64,000 nucleotides of DNA. Origin: Raillietiella orientalis (lineage: Eukaryota). Below the pieces are notes generated by a model, which saw nothing but the letters and a program-made list of their open reading frames with translations, was not told where the DNA came from and ran no database searches. The DNA lies in NCBI GenBank assembly GCA_036172245.1, contig JAYWIR010000004.1, positions 868,001-932,000 of the forward strand, read 5' to 3'. The stretch's first letter is position 1, and each line of letters opens with the position of its first letter. Made by a program: the position numbers and the translations under genes. Positions 1-13,010 of the stretch are shown piece by piece.

Positions 1-3000
1 ACTCAGTTCGCGTCAGTACGCTTCGAGCCACATCGTCTTAAGGGATGTGCTGCTATCAGCATGGCTAAATCTTGGAAAAGCAAGCAGTTTCTTGATGCGT
101 AGAACTAATTTGGAAGAAATTCAGGATTTAGGCTACCAACAACGATCTTTACATATGACTCGTCAGGGGAAAGGAACGAAGGTGAAATTCAGGCAGTGGC
201 ACACTTTGATGAGTCGATTTTATGGATGATTGTATGAGTCGTCTTGCGCCATCTACCGCACATCTTTGTGCTCTCAAATGGATCTGATGTTACAGAAATT
301 CAATCAGAAGGAGAAATTAGAGGATGCTATGATAAGGCACGCGTCAGGAATCCAAAACACGTGGAAGAACTCTCGGCGTTTTAGATCTTTCGCTAACAGT
401 CTGTATATCGCAGCTCATCGCCAGGCTGCTGAGGAACGAGTGCTTTCCTTTTCTGAGGTCCGTCCCTTTTTCCACGGGAAACCACTCAGCTCTCATTTAA
501 TGCCACTGGAACTAAGGAGCCTCGAAGAAGTATTTCCTCAGATGCATTCATTCGAAGTTAATCATCTGCTATTGAAGTTTGCATAACAAATAAGAGAATG
601 GAAAAAGCTGGAAGCAGGAATTCAAAGATGCATCTTCATGAAAGAAGTCGTTGCATCGCGCACAGGCGACACACAATAAATTCACCAGGCACCAGGAACC
701 GAACCAGCGATCCAGCCATTATGCGCAATCCTTTTCGAAATGCCCTCAACATAAATTAAGTATTCAGGATGCTGAATTAAAAGTGACCTCCCAGGAATTT
801 GCACTTCCTTCCGGTTACATCAAGAATGGAGATTGTCATGCTTCGTGAAGAGGTCCAGCTGGAACGATTTTTTTCTTCAAAGCTATCTCTCGGGGGTAGT
901 TTGGGGGCTTATAGGAGGTCTTTGGAACTAAATAAAATTGAATAAAATGATCATTCACACCCAGTGACTTTCCCGATGTGCCTAACAGACGACAAGCACT
1001 GGGATTTGGGAACAGTTCGTTCCCAGGACAAGTCACATCAGCAGCATTTCTCATTTTGCAGGTTTTCTGGAATTCCTTTTTCCTGGATGAACTGGGAAAA
1101 GATTGAGAGCTTCTACTTGATAACAAGTGTCAGTGAAAGCATCTGGCGATGAGTTCCCGTATGTATTCCGATGAGAGGCACACTGCACAGATTTTAGCTT
1201 TGGTGGCGTGGACGCATTTTCTTTTTTAATCAAGAGTCGAATACTGACCCATCGATCTAATTGACCTACGTCTCGAGTGTCCTTGGAGCCTACAAGGGTC
1301 ATAAAGCGAAGGAGATGACAGTATCGGGGATGCTGTTTCTCTGCTTCATGACTCAGGACTTTCTCCAGCCTCGAGACTATTCAAATATTTTTACAGACTG
1401 AGTTGACCGCTCACTGCAAGAAAAATAATCTCTATTCGTTAGGAGACCAAGCCACTCGGTAAGTGCCTATGTCGCTTTTTAGAAACTTGACTCAGTTCTC
1501 AGGAAGAAACCCTTTGTCTACCCCTAATTTAAATATTTCATTGCCATGTTTGTTATTACTGTCGGCCTTCTATTGATAACGATTTTTTCTTCATCCACGT
1601 CCTCACCCGCAATCTGAACCATTTTGCAGTCTTCAACTTCCTTGGAAATCTGTTGTGCTTTATCTGTACCCACCTGAAATGTTTGTTAAGTGGGGAGTGC
1701 TGTTTTCGCAGGGCCTCCAGAGAGAGTAAAGAAAGTCATCAATCCATACAAGCTCAGGTGCGAACGGCTCGAAGCACCTACGAAACTTCTACGCTCAGTG
1801 CCAGAATTTTGTTCCGCGCCACCGTATCACTACAGTGCTTACTGAAACAGATCATTGCTTCACTTCTGCAAAGAAACATGATGCGTCTGCTGTGAAATTC
1901 GACCCCTACTCAGACTGCTTCTATCCCCATTTCACCCTTTGACTTTCACTTTACCGGTGTCTTTCCTCCTACAAACTGATGACAGTCTCCCTTACTCCAT
2001 GTATCTTTAGCGGCTTACTACAGCTCTTATATGATTTATGTATTCGTTTATTTACATTCAATTCTCTAAGCTTCCGACTCTCCCGTCTGAAAGCAGACCC
2101 GGCCAACCCTCAAATGGATATCCCCTAAGAAGAAGGAACAAAGTCCAGGAGTTGTGTGTGTGCTTTCATGCCCTGTATGTTTGTTCATTTATTTATAGGT
2201 AATAGTCTTCGACTGACCTTCTCATCTCGGATTGCCCTAGTCACTAAAATAAGTGGATAAGTGGATAAAACAGTAAAAACTGTAAAGTTAGGTACTGACA
2301 TGTGCCGACCCAAAAAGAAAGGGGGAGGAACTAGGTAGGACTGGACGGTGGGGCGGGACGACCAATCAATAAATAAGGAATGAAAAAGGGAATGGACTGG
2401 AATCATGCCATTCAACACGGTTCTAGGAACCGGCGCTGGGGAGGGAGGAAACGGGCGCGTTCACCGACGTCTGGTTAGCCTGCCCGCGATCATCCAAAGG
2501 TCCTTTCGGAGCTCGCATCCCGGATTGGACCATTTCGTTACCTTCCTCAAGTAGGGGCGGTAACAGTTGCAAACGGCTCTCGGGCATGGTGCTCACGCCC
2601 TGCGTCCATCTTGGAGACTAGCGGTGCTCGCACGTGGAGGAGAATAGCCGGTGGGCAAGCGATCGGTAAGCCGCACGTGGAGAAACATCATCTCAAACGG
2701 GTCCTGCAGAGCAGCATCGGGGGGCTGAGCGATGAGTTCCCTTGCGTGGGTTCCGCATTCAGGAAGCGCCGGGGACAGGCTTCCCACTGTCCTGCGGGAG
2801 GTCCTCTCAATCCTGATTAGGATGGCAGTTTTGAAAGAGCGCCCCTAGCGTAGGAGGAGGTTTCCGATCCTATGGCAACGCAGGCAGAGGACATGGCTGT
2901 CGACCAGTAATTTCAGGATCTTGTCTTTTTCACAGGGGGTGCCGAGATACTCCATACACCGTCGAGGGTCGCCGGCAACGTCTCGTAACTTTTGCACACC

Positions 3001-3232
3001 TCATCAGCAGCACCTTTCTCCCTTCTCACCAGGCTTTGCGCCATTACGGCTGCTGCCAGTGTTCTTCCACCCACGTTTTCTCTCTCTTTGTCTCGGCTAC
3101 CACCGCTGTGTTGAGGCAGGAGCTGCTGCATTCAGGATCCGCTTTACTCTCTTCGAATGATTTTCCTCCGCGCCTCCACCAAAGTCCATTCGCATTGATG
3201 TTGATCACGACCCTTCACAACAATTCAGCGGG

Positions 3233-4341
3233 TTGATCGGGTGTCCAAGCAGATGGTGCAAGCTTAACAGGCTCCTGGAGGTCCATTCTCGGATCTCCTG
3301 CAGCCCAACGAACTTTAACGCCTGGCGGCAGGAAGCGTTATGGTCCTGGGCAAGGCATAAGGAAGTGCCACTAATCGAACTTCGTAGCATGCACCTTTCC
3401 CCTTATCTTCCGTTAGAGGATGTGATACGAGACCAGGGCAAGTGGACCAGCCTAGCCGTCATGCCGCTTGCCGCAGGGATAGAGATGGAGCAAGAGATGA
3501 CAGTTGTCTACCGGCGGGGTGGGAGGTCACCTGCACTATCGCAGGAGCAGCCTGACCCATGGGAGGATGGAGAATCAGCGAGCTGGCAGACGTCTCCACG
3601 CCTCGCAATATTCCCAAAGGACTCCTTCGGTGGAGAGAACTGCTGAGTATGCCCCCTGAAGAACTTTTGGTCCCTCCCTCGTGCTTGGACACTTCTGTGT
3701 TCCCCCTTCCATGGAAGCAGGACGTGCTCCTGCTGGTGCATTGAGGCTTCCATTGCAACCAGCGCAGCAACATTGTTTCCGGGGGAGATGTTTTCCCGAA
3801 GTGTAAAAGGTGTGGAGCAGAAGAAACGCGCCCTCACCTGCTCTTCGACTGCAGTGTTCTCCAAGGACTGTGGGGGAGACTGGTTTCAGCGCACCTGCAC
3901 CAGGGGGACATCGCAAGGACTTCTATGAGCCTCTTCACGCCAGGAGGCCTGTCGTCAGGTGCAGTAATCACATAGATCTGTTGCATCCGCGCCATCGTCA
4001 CGGCCCGCCGTCAGTTGAAGACGTAGGCGATCTGTCGAGAGGCCACCGCAATGGCCAGCGACAACATGACGACGGCTGCCAGGTGGCCATATCTTCCAGA
4101 AGTGAGAAAGGAGATTTCCGGCATCCAACGACGATTCTGAATGAAAGTAACAGCCGAAGCCAAAGGCCCCTGTCCCCATACCCCTCCATATCTTTTTCTA
4201 TATTTTTTTATATATTTATTTTTGGTCTCCTCTCTCCCGTTCCGGACTTTAGTTTTACCGACCTACATGTCGGGGATCCCTCCCTTCCAACTTCTGTACC
4301 CTTTGTCTGGGAACTTTGTTCTAGGATAGTTTTCAAATAAA
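3233..4341 (+). mobile_element. 5'-truncated, degraded L1/Tx1-like non-LTR retrotransposon 3' end
   Basis: An intact CCHC finger CKRCGAEETRPHLLFDC (3802-3852, zf-RVT type) followed by LW lies in a frame broken by stops. A T-rich 3' UTR ends in AATAAA at 4336-4341. Confidence 0.7.
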
Positions 4342-5559
4342 CGCCCCGGAGCACCCGGGTGAAAAGCAGATGATGTCCGTGGAAGCGCGCTCTGCATGGG
4401 ACCGCACCTTCCTCTCCTGCGCTCTCCGTACGAGTCTCGTGCGCAAGGCTGCAGTCTCGAGCCCTATCCGAGAGGCCCCTAGCGGAGCAGAAGGAAATCA
4501 TCCTGAGCAGCCCGAGGAAGATCCGGTTCCACCACGCCTCTCGTGGAGTCTGCGAGTCGGTATGGATACCCGCCGCAGAATTACCGGGATCCTGCAGTCC
4601 AGGAAATCATGTTACTGTCAAGGGAGTTGAGGATGCTGTATCACCAGGAGCACCCCATCAAGAAAGAATTCCTACTGTCCCGCGATAAGTACGCTCGTCG
4701 GGCACTCTTCCTTTCGAGACTTGATGATGTCAATGGTTTTTAGAGAGAGATCCCAGTCCATCAGCACGATGGTAGTCTAAGGGAGCACGGAGGCTCTCGA
4801 GATAACCAGATTTACATTCTCAATAAGTTATGGAGGAGAATACGAATTAAACCGGTTGCGATTCCGGTGCCGGAACAGTGCATAGTCTTTTCTCCCAGAC
4901 ATGAAGCACCTTGTTACCGGAAGGTGAATTCGAAGCAAGGAAGCACATTTCTGTTTCTTATGCAGAGTTAACTGAATCTGAAAGTTCAGCAAAACCTTAG
5001 ATCTGAAAGTTCAGATCTAAGTGTACAGGATTTGTTCGCGTTATCGGCAATTTCATCCTTGCTCAAGGTCGCTCGAGTTCCATGGATCTCTGGAGTCCAA
5101 CAGACCAATGAACAAAAGTGGAGCTCTTCTCCATTCCAGTGTTTTGCATGAGTTGGTTTAAGAAGGCCAATCCGCAAGAACCAACGGTCAGATGATTCTG
5201 GGAAACCTAAGAGAAATTTTGATTCCCCTTCTGACTTTTCCTTTCCATGAAATTAAGTTACAAAGAGAAACATTTACTTTTTGGAGTTCATAAACATGTA
5301 AATCTAGATACCAGTGGTTTAAGAACTGTCTAGAGAGTCCTTTTAAGTTCACACGACCTCAGTTCGAGCTGTTCGCTTTTGTCCTTGTACTTTTGGAAAC
5401 TGTCTCCCACGTAGATCCATTGTTTTCTTTCTAAATTTTATACTGCATGTATCCCATTCATTATCCTTCCAGCCACCAAAAGTGCTTGCTTATCTGGGAT
5501 TTGTTCCTTATGCAATTTTGAGCAGTCTCGAAGGTCTCAAAGATGCTGCTGGCTAACAA

Positions 5560-6120
5560 TGTCTTCTTTATCCTTGGAGCGGCGAGGAACAAGCAAGAAG
5601 ATCGTTCATACAGGCTGGTATGAAGAGATCGTGGTTGAGCATCTTCAAACCATTCTCTCCCTGGTTATACCAAGAGGCAACTGTGCCAAGTTTAACAACT
5701 AGTTTAACACATGGAGGAGACTGCCTGCAGCTAAGAGGTTGTGGCTAAAAAACAGGGTATTCTAGTCCTAGACTTGCAACTGAGACAGGATCTCGTGCTC
5801 TGTCAAAATAACGGGGTAACAGTTTTGGATACCTATTGCCCTTCTAAGGGTGCGGCAATGACGCTCTCCAGAGCACAGGAGAAGGAAAGCAATCATGCTG
5901 AGACTACTTTCCTCCTATCATCCTCTGGAAGTTCATGTCTCCGTACGAACAATTCGTGGGAGGCACGTTGATATCGTACTATCCGAAGGACGAGGAAGTA
6001 CATTGTGATTCTTGAGACTCAACTGCATGTAAACCTGATGCCTCTTGAGGTCTCGTCCAGCATGCGGCACAAACAGTAGGGATTATGGATATGGACCTAT
6101 GCTCTGGAGACGGATGTGAC
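5560..6120 (+). mobile_element. Decayed LINE apurinic endonuclease remnant
   Basis: Residual motifs appear in APE order across frames: HSLPGY..., THGGDCLQLR (GGGV-like), VTVLDTYCP (YxP), KYIVILE (GDxN region degenerate). Recognised by eye only. Confidence 0.35.
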
Positions 6121-9100
6121 AAAGAGAGTCAGATGAACCCATTGATCGTGGAAGATAGAGAACAGTATCCATGGCTCTACACCTGAGGTCGCATTATCGT
6201 GGGAGAGATCCAAGAGATGCTTAGAGTGCATAAAAAGCACTCTGTCTTTATCCCTTTATTTTTGCTGCCTCGTTTTGTCTTTGCAAGAAGCTCACTGGGT
6301 GGGATCACACAAAATGTATGCAGAAGGAGTTTTGGCTTCAGTTGCTTTGGAAAGGACCTATCCGACCTTTTGATTGCCCATACGCACTTCCATCTGCCTA
6401 TGACACGAAGGAAGAAAGTGAAAGGGGGGATTTCCAGGAGTCTCAGAAACGGACATTTTGATTGCAAAACTCACATCGAACGCAACTTAAACAGGCAGAT
6501 GCTCAGTGATGTGATGGCAGATAAGAACGGCAGCAGCCACATCTGCAACAGATCCTCTTGAGTTCGCTCATGAGTGAATTGAGTGAGATCATTGAGTGTT
6601 GAGTGAATCTAAGTGAATCATTCAGGTGTTGCAAACTGTCGCTACCAAAGAGTAGATATCTCTGACAAAACCATCATCGGTCGCAGTCTTTCTACTATTC
6701 CAAGGATGCTTTTTCTTGGGTCAGCTTTTTCGAGAATGCATCTTTGGAATACGGGAGACGAAAGCAATGCTTGGCATCCACAGCATCCCGCAATATATAG
6801 TTCCATGATTACCGTGCTTCCTGGGACTTTTTTAAAAATAATATAGACCAAGTTGACCGAATCCAGGGCGTGAGCACTTTCAGATGAATGGAAGGGATTA
6901 AGATGAGTCTCAAGCAGGCACACCCCACCCCAAGTTCCCAATGTTTTTCCGGCCTTCTGTGAGCTTTCGAAGTCGCATGACATGAGGGAACACCACGGAA
7001 ACAGTAGAATTGTAGACGCATACTCTTTTTGTGTGCAATGCATGAACACATCCAATGCATGAAGGCGCAGTCAGTACATAGTCGAAGTGCGAGTTGCCTT
7101 GGTGCCCTCTTCTTTTGCGAGAAGAGCTAGCCCATAGCTTTGCAACGAAAGACCTACAGGAAGCTCCTTAATGAGAAGGAGCCTGCAAATTGCTCAAGGC
7201 ATTCCTCTGTAGGCACACCTTCGTTACTACGAAGGAATTTTAATAAGCATTCCGTGCTTTCCAGCTCTCTTCGAAGAGCGTCGAGTAATGAAACTAGCGT
7301 TTGTCTCCATTTACTCACTTCATCAGAGTGTTTTTTCTCATTGATTAACGCCTTCATTACCATTCTTTTGTTTGAATTCCTTCGTATTCCTGAAGAGGCT
7401 CATGTTTTGCACACTTCATAATAATCCTTGGCACATCCTTTGATACTGAAGATCTTGTTTCATTTTCGAGGGTGTTTCTTGTCGAGATATCGTACGAACT
7501 TTCGGTAAGATGGAATTTTCTAGCTTCTTCCCCCCCCCCCCCCGCTTCCTTCCCCTTAAAGTTCAAAGTGGTGATCCTTTATCTTAAGCGTTTCGGTGGA
7601 CCCTGAGTTGTCAGTCTCAGCATAATTGATAGCAAACGCAATTAGAGCACACCACAGGGAGCGATGGATAGCAGACTGGAAGCTTTAACAGCAGCTCGGT
7701 CAATAAAGAAGGAGGGATTTCAGGAGTCCTCATACTTCTCTTTATTCGAATTTCTGTGAAGGTCAAAGTCGTTTGGAAGTGATCCAGAAGTTTTGATTAC
7801 TTCTGTGGCTGCATGTCAGAGCTCATTCTCTCCACTTAAAATATTTGGAGCATGACGTCGGTACAGTATTTAGCTTTTCAAATGATTTTTTGGTTACACC
7901 TTCCCTCAAATCTACAGCAGTCTCTTCGATCACTCTTTGCATAGATTGTGAGCCTCCCTGTCCACGGGCAAAGTCTTCGGTAAGGTCCCAGCTTCCAGAG
8001 GCATTCCTTTCTAATCGCAGCATTTATTTTCCCGTCTTCCTTCATACCTCCTAGAGTGCAATTCCCTCCCTTTTCTTTCCTTCGATAATTGTTTATATCA
8101 CTTCCGTGGCGCCATCAAACCGCGGTCTCCAATGCCGCGATTCTGCAACTCCACCTTTGCGTTCTTCGCAAGAAAAGAATGCACAGGTTTTTTGCCTACT
8201 TGGAGATATTCACGAAACTGGTGGCAAGAAAATTCCCATTTCCGATGCTCCCTTTATGTAAGGAGCACAACAGAGGATTTCCTTCCTCCATTATGGCATC
8301 CAGCATCCACGCAGACAGCTCGAAGACTCAAATTCAAGCATTACCATATTGTGCGCCCGGGTTTTGATACATGCATCTTTCCTCTTGCCTGCTTATCTAT
8401 TTTTAACTGTGCCAGAGGTATCAGTTCGAAAAGTGCGAAAGACTTCCTGAAAGAGCGGCGTTTATCTTCACGGCTCTCTGCAGGAATCCTCACGGCCATT
8501 CCATAACAATGAAGGGAGAGCTCTGTTCCCATTCTGATGCTGAGGAAAAGGAATTCTCCGATACTCTCAAATCACATACTCGATCGCTGCCGGTATGGTA
8601 ATGGTCCGAGTATTGATTCCAAGACGAACCGGTTCCTTTTCATCCGGAAGGAAACTCCGCTGGGCTATGGGATATCGTTTGCTCGGAACAGAATCCAATC
8701 ACCCGAGCTATTCTTCAAAATATGGAAAGCTTCAGCAACAGATGCAAACAAGAGAAGCAAGAATCCCTGAGAATGAAACTCTGCGTAATGGAATTCGTTT
8801 GTCTGTCGGCGCTAGCAGCCTTCCCTACTGGCATCGGAGTAAAGAAGAGAAACGAGTTACCACGATTCTGCAGAGTGCGTTTCGGGAGGGAGAAGATGCC
8901 ACTTCGAGAACGGCACCAGATCACCTCCCCGCAGCATAGTCGACACCGTTGAATTTCCGGTCTGTTAGGGGAAACATGGAACATGGGAGTGAATGGGGGA
9001 AGGAAGGCACGCACGGATGCAAACAAAAGAACGCCATGGAAACGAGGAAACGGAACAAACGGCGGATTCCGGGAATGGCATTCTGGAGAATAGGCATCAT

Positions 9101-9439
9101 CGCTGTCTCTGATCGTGGAAAGGAGCAGCACTTTCGATGGAAATTCCCTTTCTGGGAAGAGAGTGAATCGGAGGAGGGGGAAGGAAAAGAACTTCAAAAC
9201 AAAGCAAAGCTCCGTGAGTGTCGTTACGGAGGTACCAACTGCTGCTCGGAACAGCCTGCGGATCACCGTTGATTGTTCTCCATCCCTGTAAATCCGAATC
9301 CTCTTGCTGAGAATGCCGGGCTTTGCAAAAGAAGCTGATCCGTTTCCAATTCTGATTCCGTAAGTACTCCCTTGTCGGAGAGATGTAGCATCTGATGGAA
9401 GAAGAAGGAAGAAAAAACAATCCCTCGTGCCTCATTCGT

Positions 9440-9850
9440 CAAAAGTCGATGAATGTGGGATGGGAAAAATTCGGGTTCCCCACTGATAGACCCCGATCTC
9501 CTCTTGTCCCAAATCTAGTAGAAGCTCTGGGCTCTGGAGTTATCCTTAAGCCATTTTCTTCATCAGGGGATCTGTCACCCTGAGTTTCGCTCCCTTGCTC
9601 CTGCATGTCTCCAGCTTTCTGAAGACACACTGGAATTTATTCTCTGAGGAATGCCACCGTACATCTGCTAGTAAGACGTTCACCGTGGGTTCTGGGAAAC
9701 CCTCTAACTGGTGCTTCTTGAATGAACCAGATTGCAATGGAGCTGACCCGTATCTAAGGAACACCGTGACTCCTCGACGGCATTCCAGGAAACGCTTAGA
9801 TGAATGCGCATCGCTTCAGACTGACCAGTTGTCTATCCTCGCCACATGAG
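9440..9850 (+). mobile_element. Possible decayed LINE endonuclease remnant
   Basis: KPFSSSGDLS (GDxN-like) is followed by KTFTVGSGKPSNWCFL (PTF...S.ID-like). Weak support. Confidence 0.25.
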
Positions 9851-10899
9851 AGTATTCGTGATATCCAAGATGCAGGAGGGGCGTTATCTTCATCTAAAGA
9901 AGCCTCTCTGAGTCTCCACCGCCCTAATGCCAAACGACCCAAACCTAGATGTGAAGCAATAAGAATCCTCAAACGAACTGTGATCTGGATAGTCAGAGAT
10001 CAGTGATTCTCTGTCCTTGACCGACACGAGCTCTCGGGAATCATGCGCAGCACTGGGGGCCGACACATCCTACAGCCATTTATTTACTGAGCTCCCCCTT
10101 CTCCCTTCCACCTCCCTTTCAGCCATGTTCCAACTGAAGTTTTCACTCTTTCGTTTCCATCAGACAGAAACCCAACCCTTTCTGACTGCACTCTGTTTAT
10201 CTGTTTATTTCAAATAAATGGCGTAGCATGTAGGAAGGAAAAAGCTGCTTCAAGCTTCCTGAAGAACAGATCTTGCGGCTGTTAGGCTAGTTCCCACGCT
10301 GACTCATAGCATTTAGCAAGCCTGGAGGGGACTCGTTTCAAGGGGAACTGCAACTTTCATGTCATGAGGTTCTCTGATGCTGATGTTCGTATTCTCCGCC
10401 ATCTGTCGGTGCACCAACCACCAGCGGTGCCAATGATTCTCAGACATGAACATGTGATGTCCGGGACACTGTAGCAATGCAGAGTCTCTCTCGAATTCAT
10501 GGTTGCTGCTATGAAAAAGTGGAAGCAGAGCAGCACCCCAGTGCTCAGTACTACCTGGAGTAACTCATGCCCAGGTCCCATGCGTGAAACCAATAGCCTT
10601 CATTTTGCTCTTCTTCTTTCTTATACCTAGTCACGTGTGAGGAGAATCTGTGTCACAATTCATCCTTTGACATTGCCACAATGAGGTCATTCCCTGTCCT
10701 CCAAAGTTTGGTGCCTGGAAAACCTCTTCGACACTCTTCTTTGCAAAGCGAACGAATGGAACCGAGATGAGAACTCTGGAAGATCTGCCACCTCTGATTA
10801 ACATTTTTCTCTTGGCAATCTCCTCCGCTCCGGCCACAAGATTATCTTCGATGATGAAACAATCACAGCTCAGAACTCATCGCAAGAGCCGCTTTCAAT

Positions 10900-11650
10900 G
10901 ATCATGCTCGATTCTCCGTTGCATGGGGGGAATATGCCTACCTTTATTCCTTTCACACTTCGAAGTTTGGAACCGAGGAGAGAGCCCAATTCCACAGCTT
11001 GGGTGCCGTCTTTTCTATTCGTTTGCTTACCTAGATTACTTGAAGATTACAGAATGTCGAGCATCTTTTTGGACTCCACCTGCACGAATCACATGAAACT
11101 CCTGAGAGGATGGCAAAGAAACCAAACGGCCTGCACAGTGACCCCATATACTTGGGCTCCGAAACTACTTCACTGGTCGTGAAACCTGAGTCTCTTCTCC
11201 CAGAGAAACTACTCATTCCCCATATGATACATGGGCAGCTCCGTGCTCTGTCCAAAGAAGAAGACGGTGTCTTTACATCACTTGGACTTCCCAAGGAGCA
11301 AGCACTACAAAAGAAGAAGCTTACCAATGAACTCCATCCATCCCCCATTCGCTGATCAACTCTGGTGTCCTTCGTGTCAGGAGACAGAACAGTGTTGCAG
11401 AGCTTTCTTGCTTTCTCAGGGGTGCTCCTTCAAAGCAGGGTCCGATACGACCTACTTATCCGCAGGATTATGCTCCATTTGCGTCCTCGCTACTGCACAG
11501 CTGAAGCAAAAGCTGCATCGTGGAAAGACTATTGCCCGGACACTCCCCATGGTGGCGAAAGCCGCAACGTTGCCGTGGCTGGTGTCAGAGCAGCAAGTGC
11601 AACATTGTTCCTCATCGCACCTCGGCTCTACAAGAATCAGATGGAATCCC
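10900..11650 (-). mobile_element. Decayed non-LTR reverse transcriptase remnant
   Basis: Minus-strand motifs in RT order: WGVSGQ (GVPQG-like), PADK (ADD-like), ALQH, DVKT (NxxKT), VVSEPKYMG (KYLG). Confidence 0.4.
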
Positions 11651-12449
11651 AGTGACCCTCAACCCCTTCCGATCACGAGGAATTGTTTGCTTTGGCTCAT
11701 ACTCTCTTGGATAGCACCGGAGCTTTCTCTCCAGTAACGTATACGCAGTGCAGCACTCTCGTCTATCCACGACATTTGTTTGTTCTTGTTGCACAAGAAC
11801 GATCCTCAGATTAACAGGAAAAACAACCTTTTTGAAGCAAAAACACCGAACTGAGTAGTGGTCTGCTTTCTCGCATCGAATCTCTCAACACCTTCGTCAG
11901 CACCAGCCGACAACGAGTCCTCGGACGCCTCGAGCAGCCGAGACGACTGTGACCGAACACATTCGCAGGTGTAAGAGAAAAGCCAGCGGGCACAGCTCGA
12001 ATACGAGGCAGTAAATTTTATGAAATTCTGAGCTCTTGCAGACGAAGGATGCAGAGGACCCACAGCTTTCCAGCGCGCAGTTGCCTGTGACTGTGACCGC
12101 TCTGCATGGAGATCGGGATCCGCAGCCAGTCAAGGAGTGGCAGGCGCTATGCCGCTGAGGATCTCGGGAGATGCTGCCAGAGGATGGATTCCCGGACCAA
12201 AGGCAAACTTTTGCCTGGGTAAGGTCATCCTAACTACCATTGAGCGAACAACTGCGTGCGCTTGCGCGCGATCCCTCCAACGCACCAAAGGCATCAGGAG
12301 TCGATCGCTTCGCAAGAAGCACGAAGGCGATGCTGTTCTTCGTGGGGTGGAGGGGGACGGAGGGGGGAGACTTTGCAGGCGGCTTCACGTTTGCGGTTTG
12401 CGAACCCGCAGCTTCTGGTTTGGCATCTCCAGTTCGAACAGGTTTTCCC

Positions 12450-13010
12450 GTGTGCGTATCGGCGTCGTCTGAGTCTCAAAGTTGGCGATCTTCTTCAACT
12501 GTTTCCATTACGCCGTTCCAAGCCACTGCGTGCGATAGGTGTCTGCGGATGGATGTGCGTTCCCGCTGAGCTGGACGTTGGGCAACTTGCCGAGCTGCTT
12601 CGCACGCGTTCTTGGAAGTCGGAGTTCTGGAAGGGCACCTGTGTTCTTGGGATGACCAGATCCCCATGAATTGGCCACTGCCAAGCGAAATCCCACTTGG
12701 CTTTCACCGGAGGGTGGAGGGTGCTCTCAACGTTGTTCCTGTTTTCCCCCTCCTGGAACGCTGCACTGGCGTGCTTGCGGATGGGTAGTCCCCGCACAGT
12801 AGCGGTTTGTGTTCCTCAGGAAGAGGTCAGGTGACAGGGGCGACCCCTCGTGGGTGTCGTTTGGCTGCCGCTCCCCTCGCCCGTACGTCGCCTTCTTGAT
12901 GGGTTCGTTGAGAGGCCCTTTATCCAGAGAAGAAAGTGCCGCACGTCGTGATTCCAGATGCGTGTCAGCGTCTCGCCTCAGTTCATCCAGGAGAGACCTC
13001 CCATGTGTTT
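12450..13010 (-). mobile_element. Possible BEL/Pao gag remnant
   Basis: SLLDELRRDAD is followed, across a frameshift, by CHL...EEHKPLLCGDYPSAS, resembling the BEL gag zinc knuckle. Confidence 0.3.

Noticed and set aside
230..620. MULE-like motif SLEEVFPQ...NHLL
   Set aside because: It is a single weak motif lacking the catalytic Asp and CxxH.
7140..8530. Coding-like minus-strand fragments
   Set aside because: I found no ordered motifs and no splice structure that I could assign.
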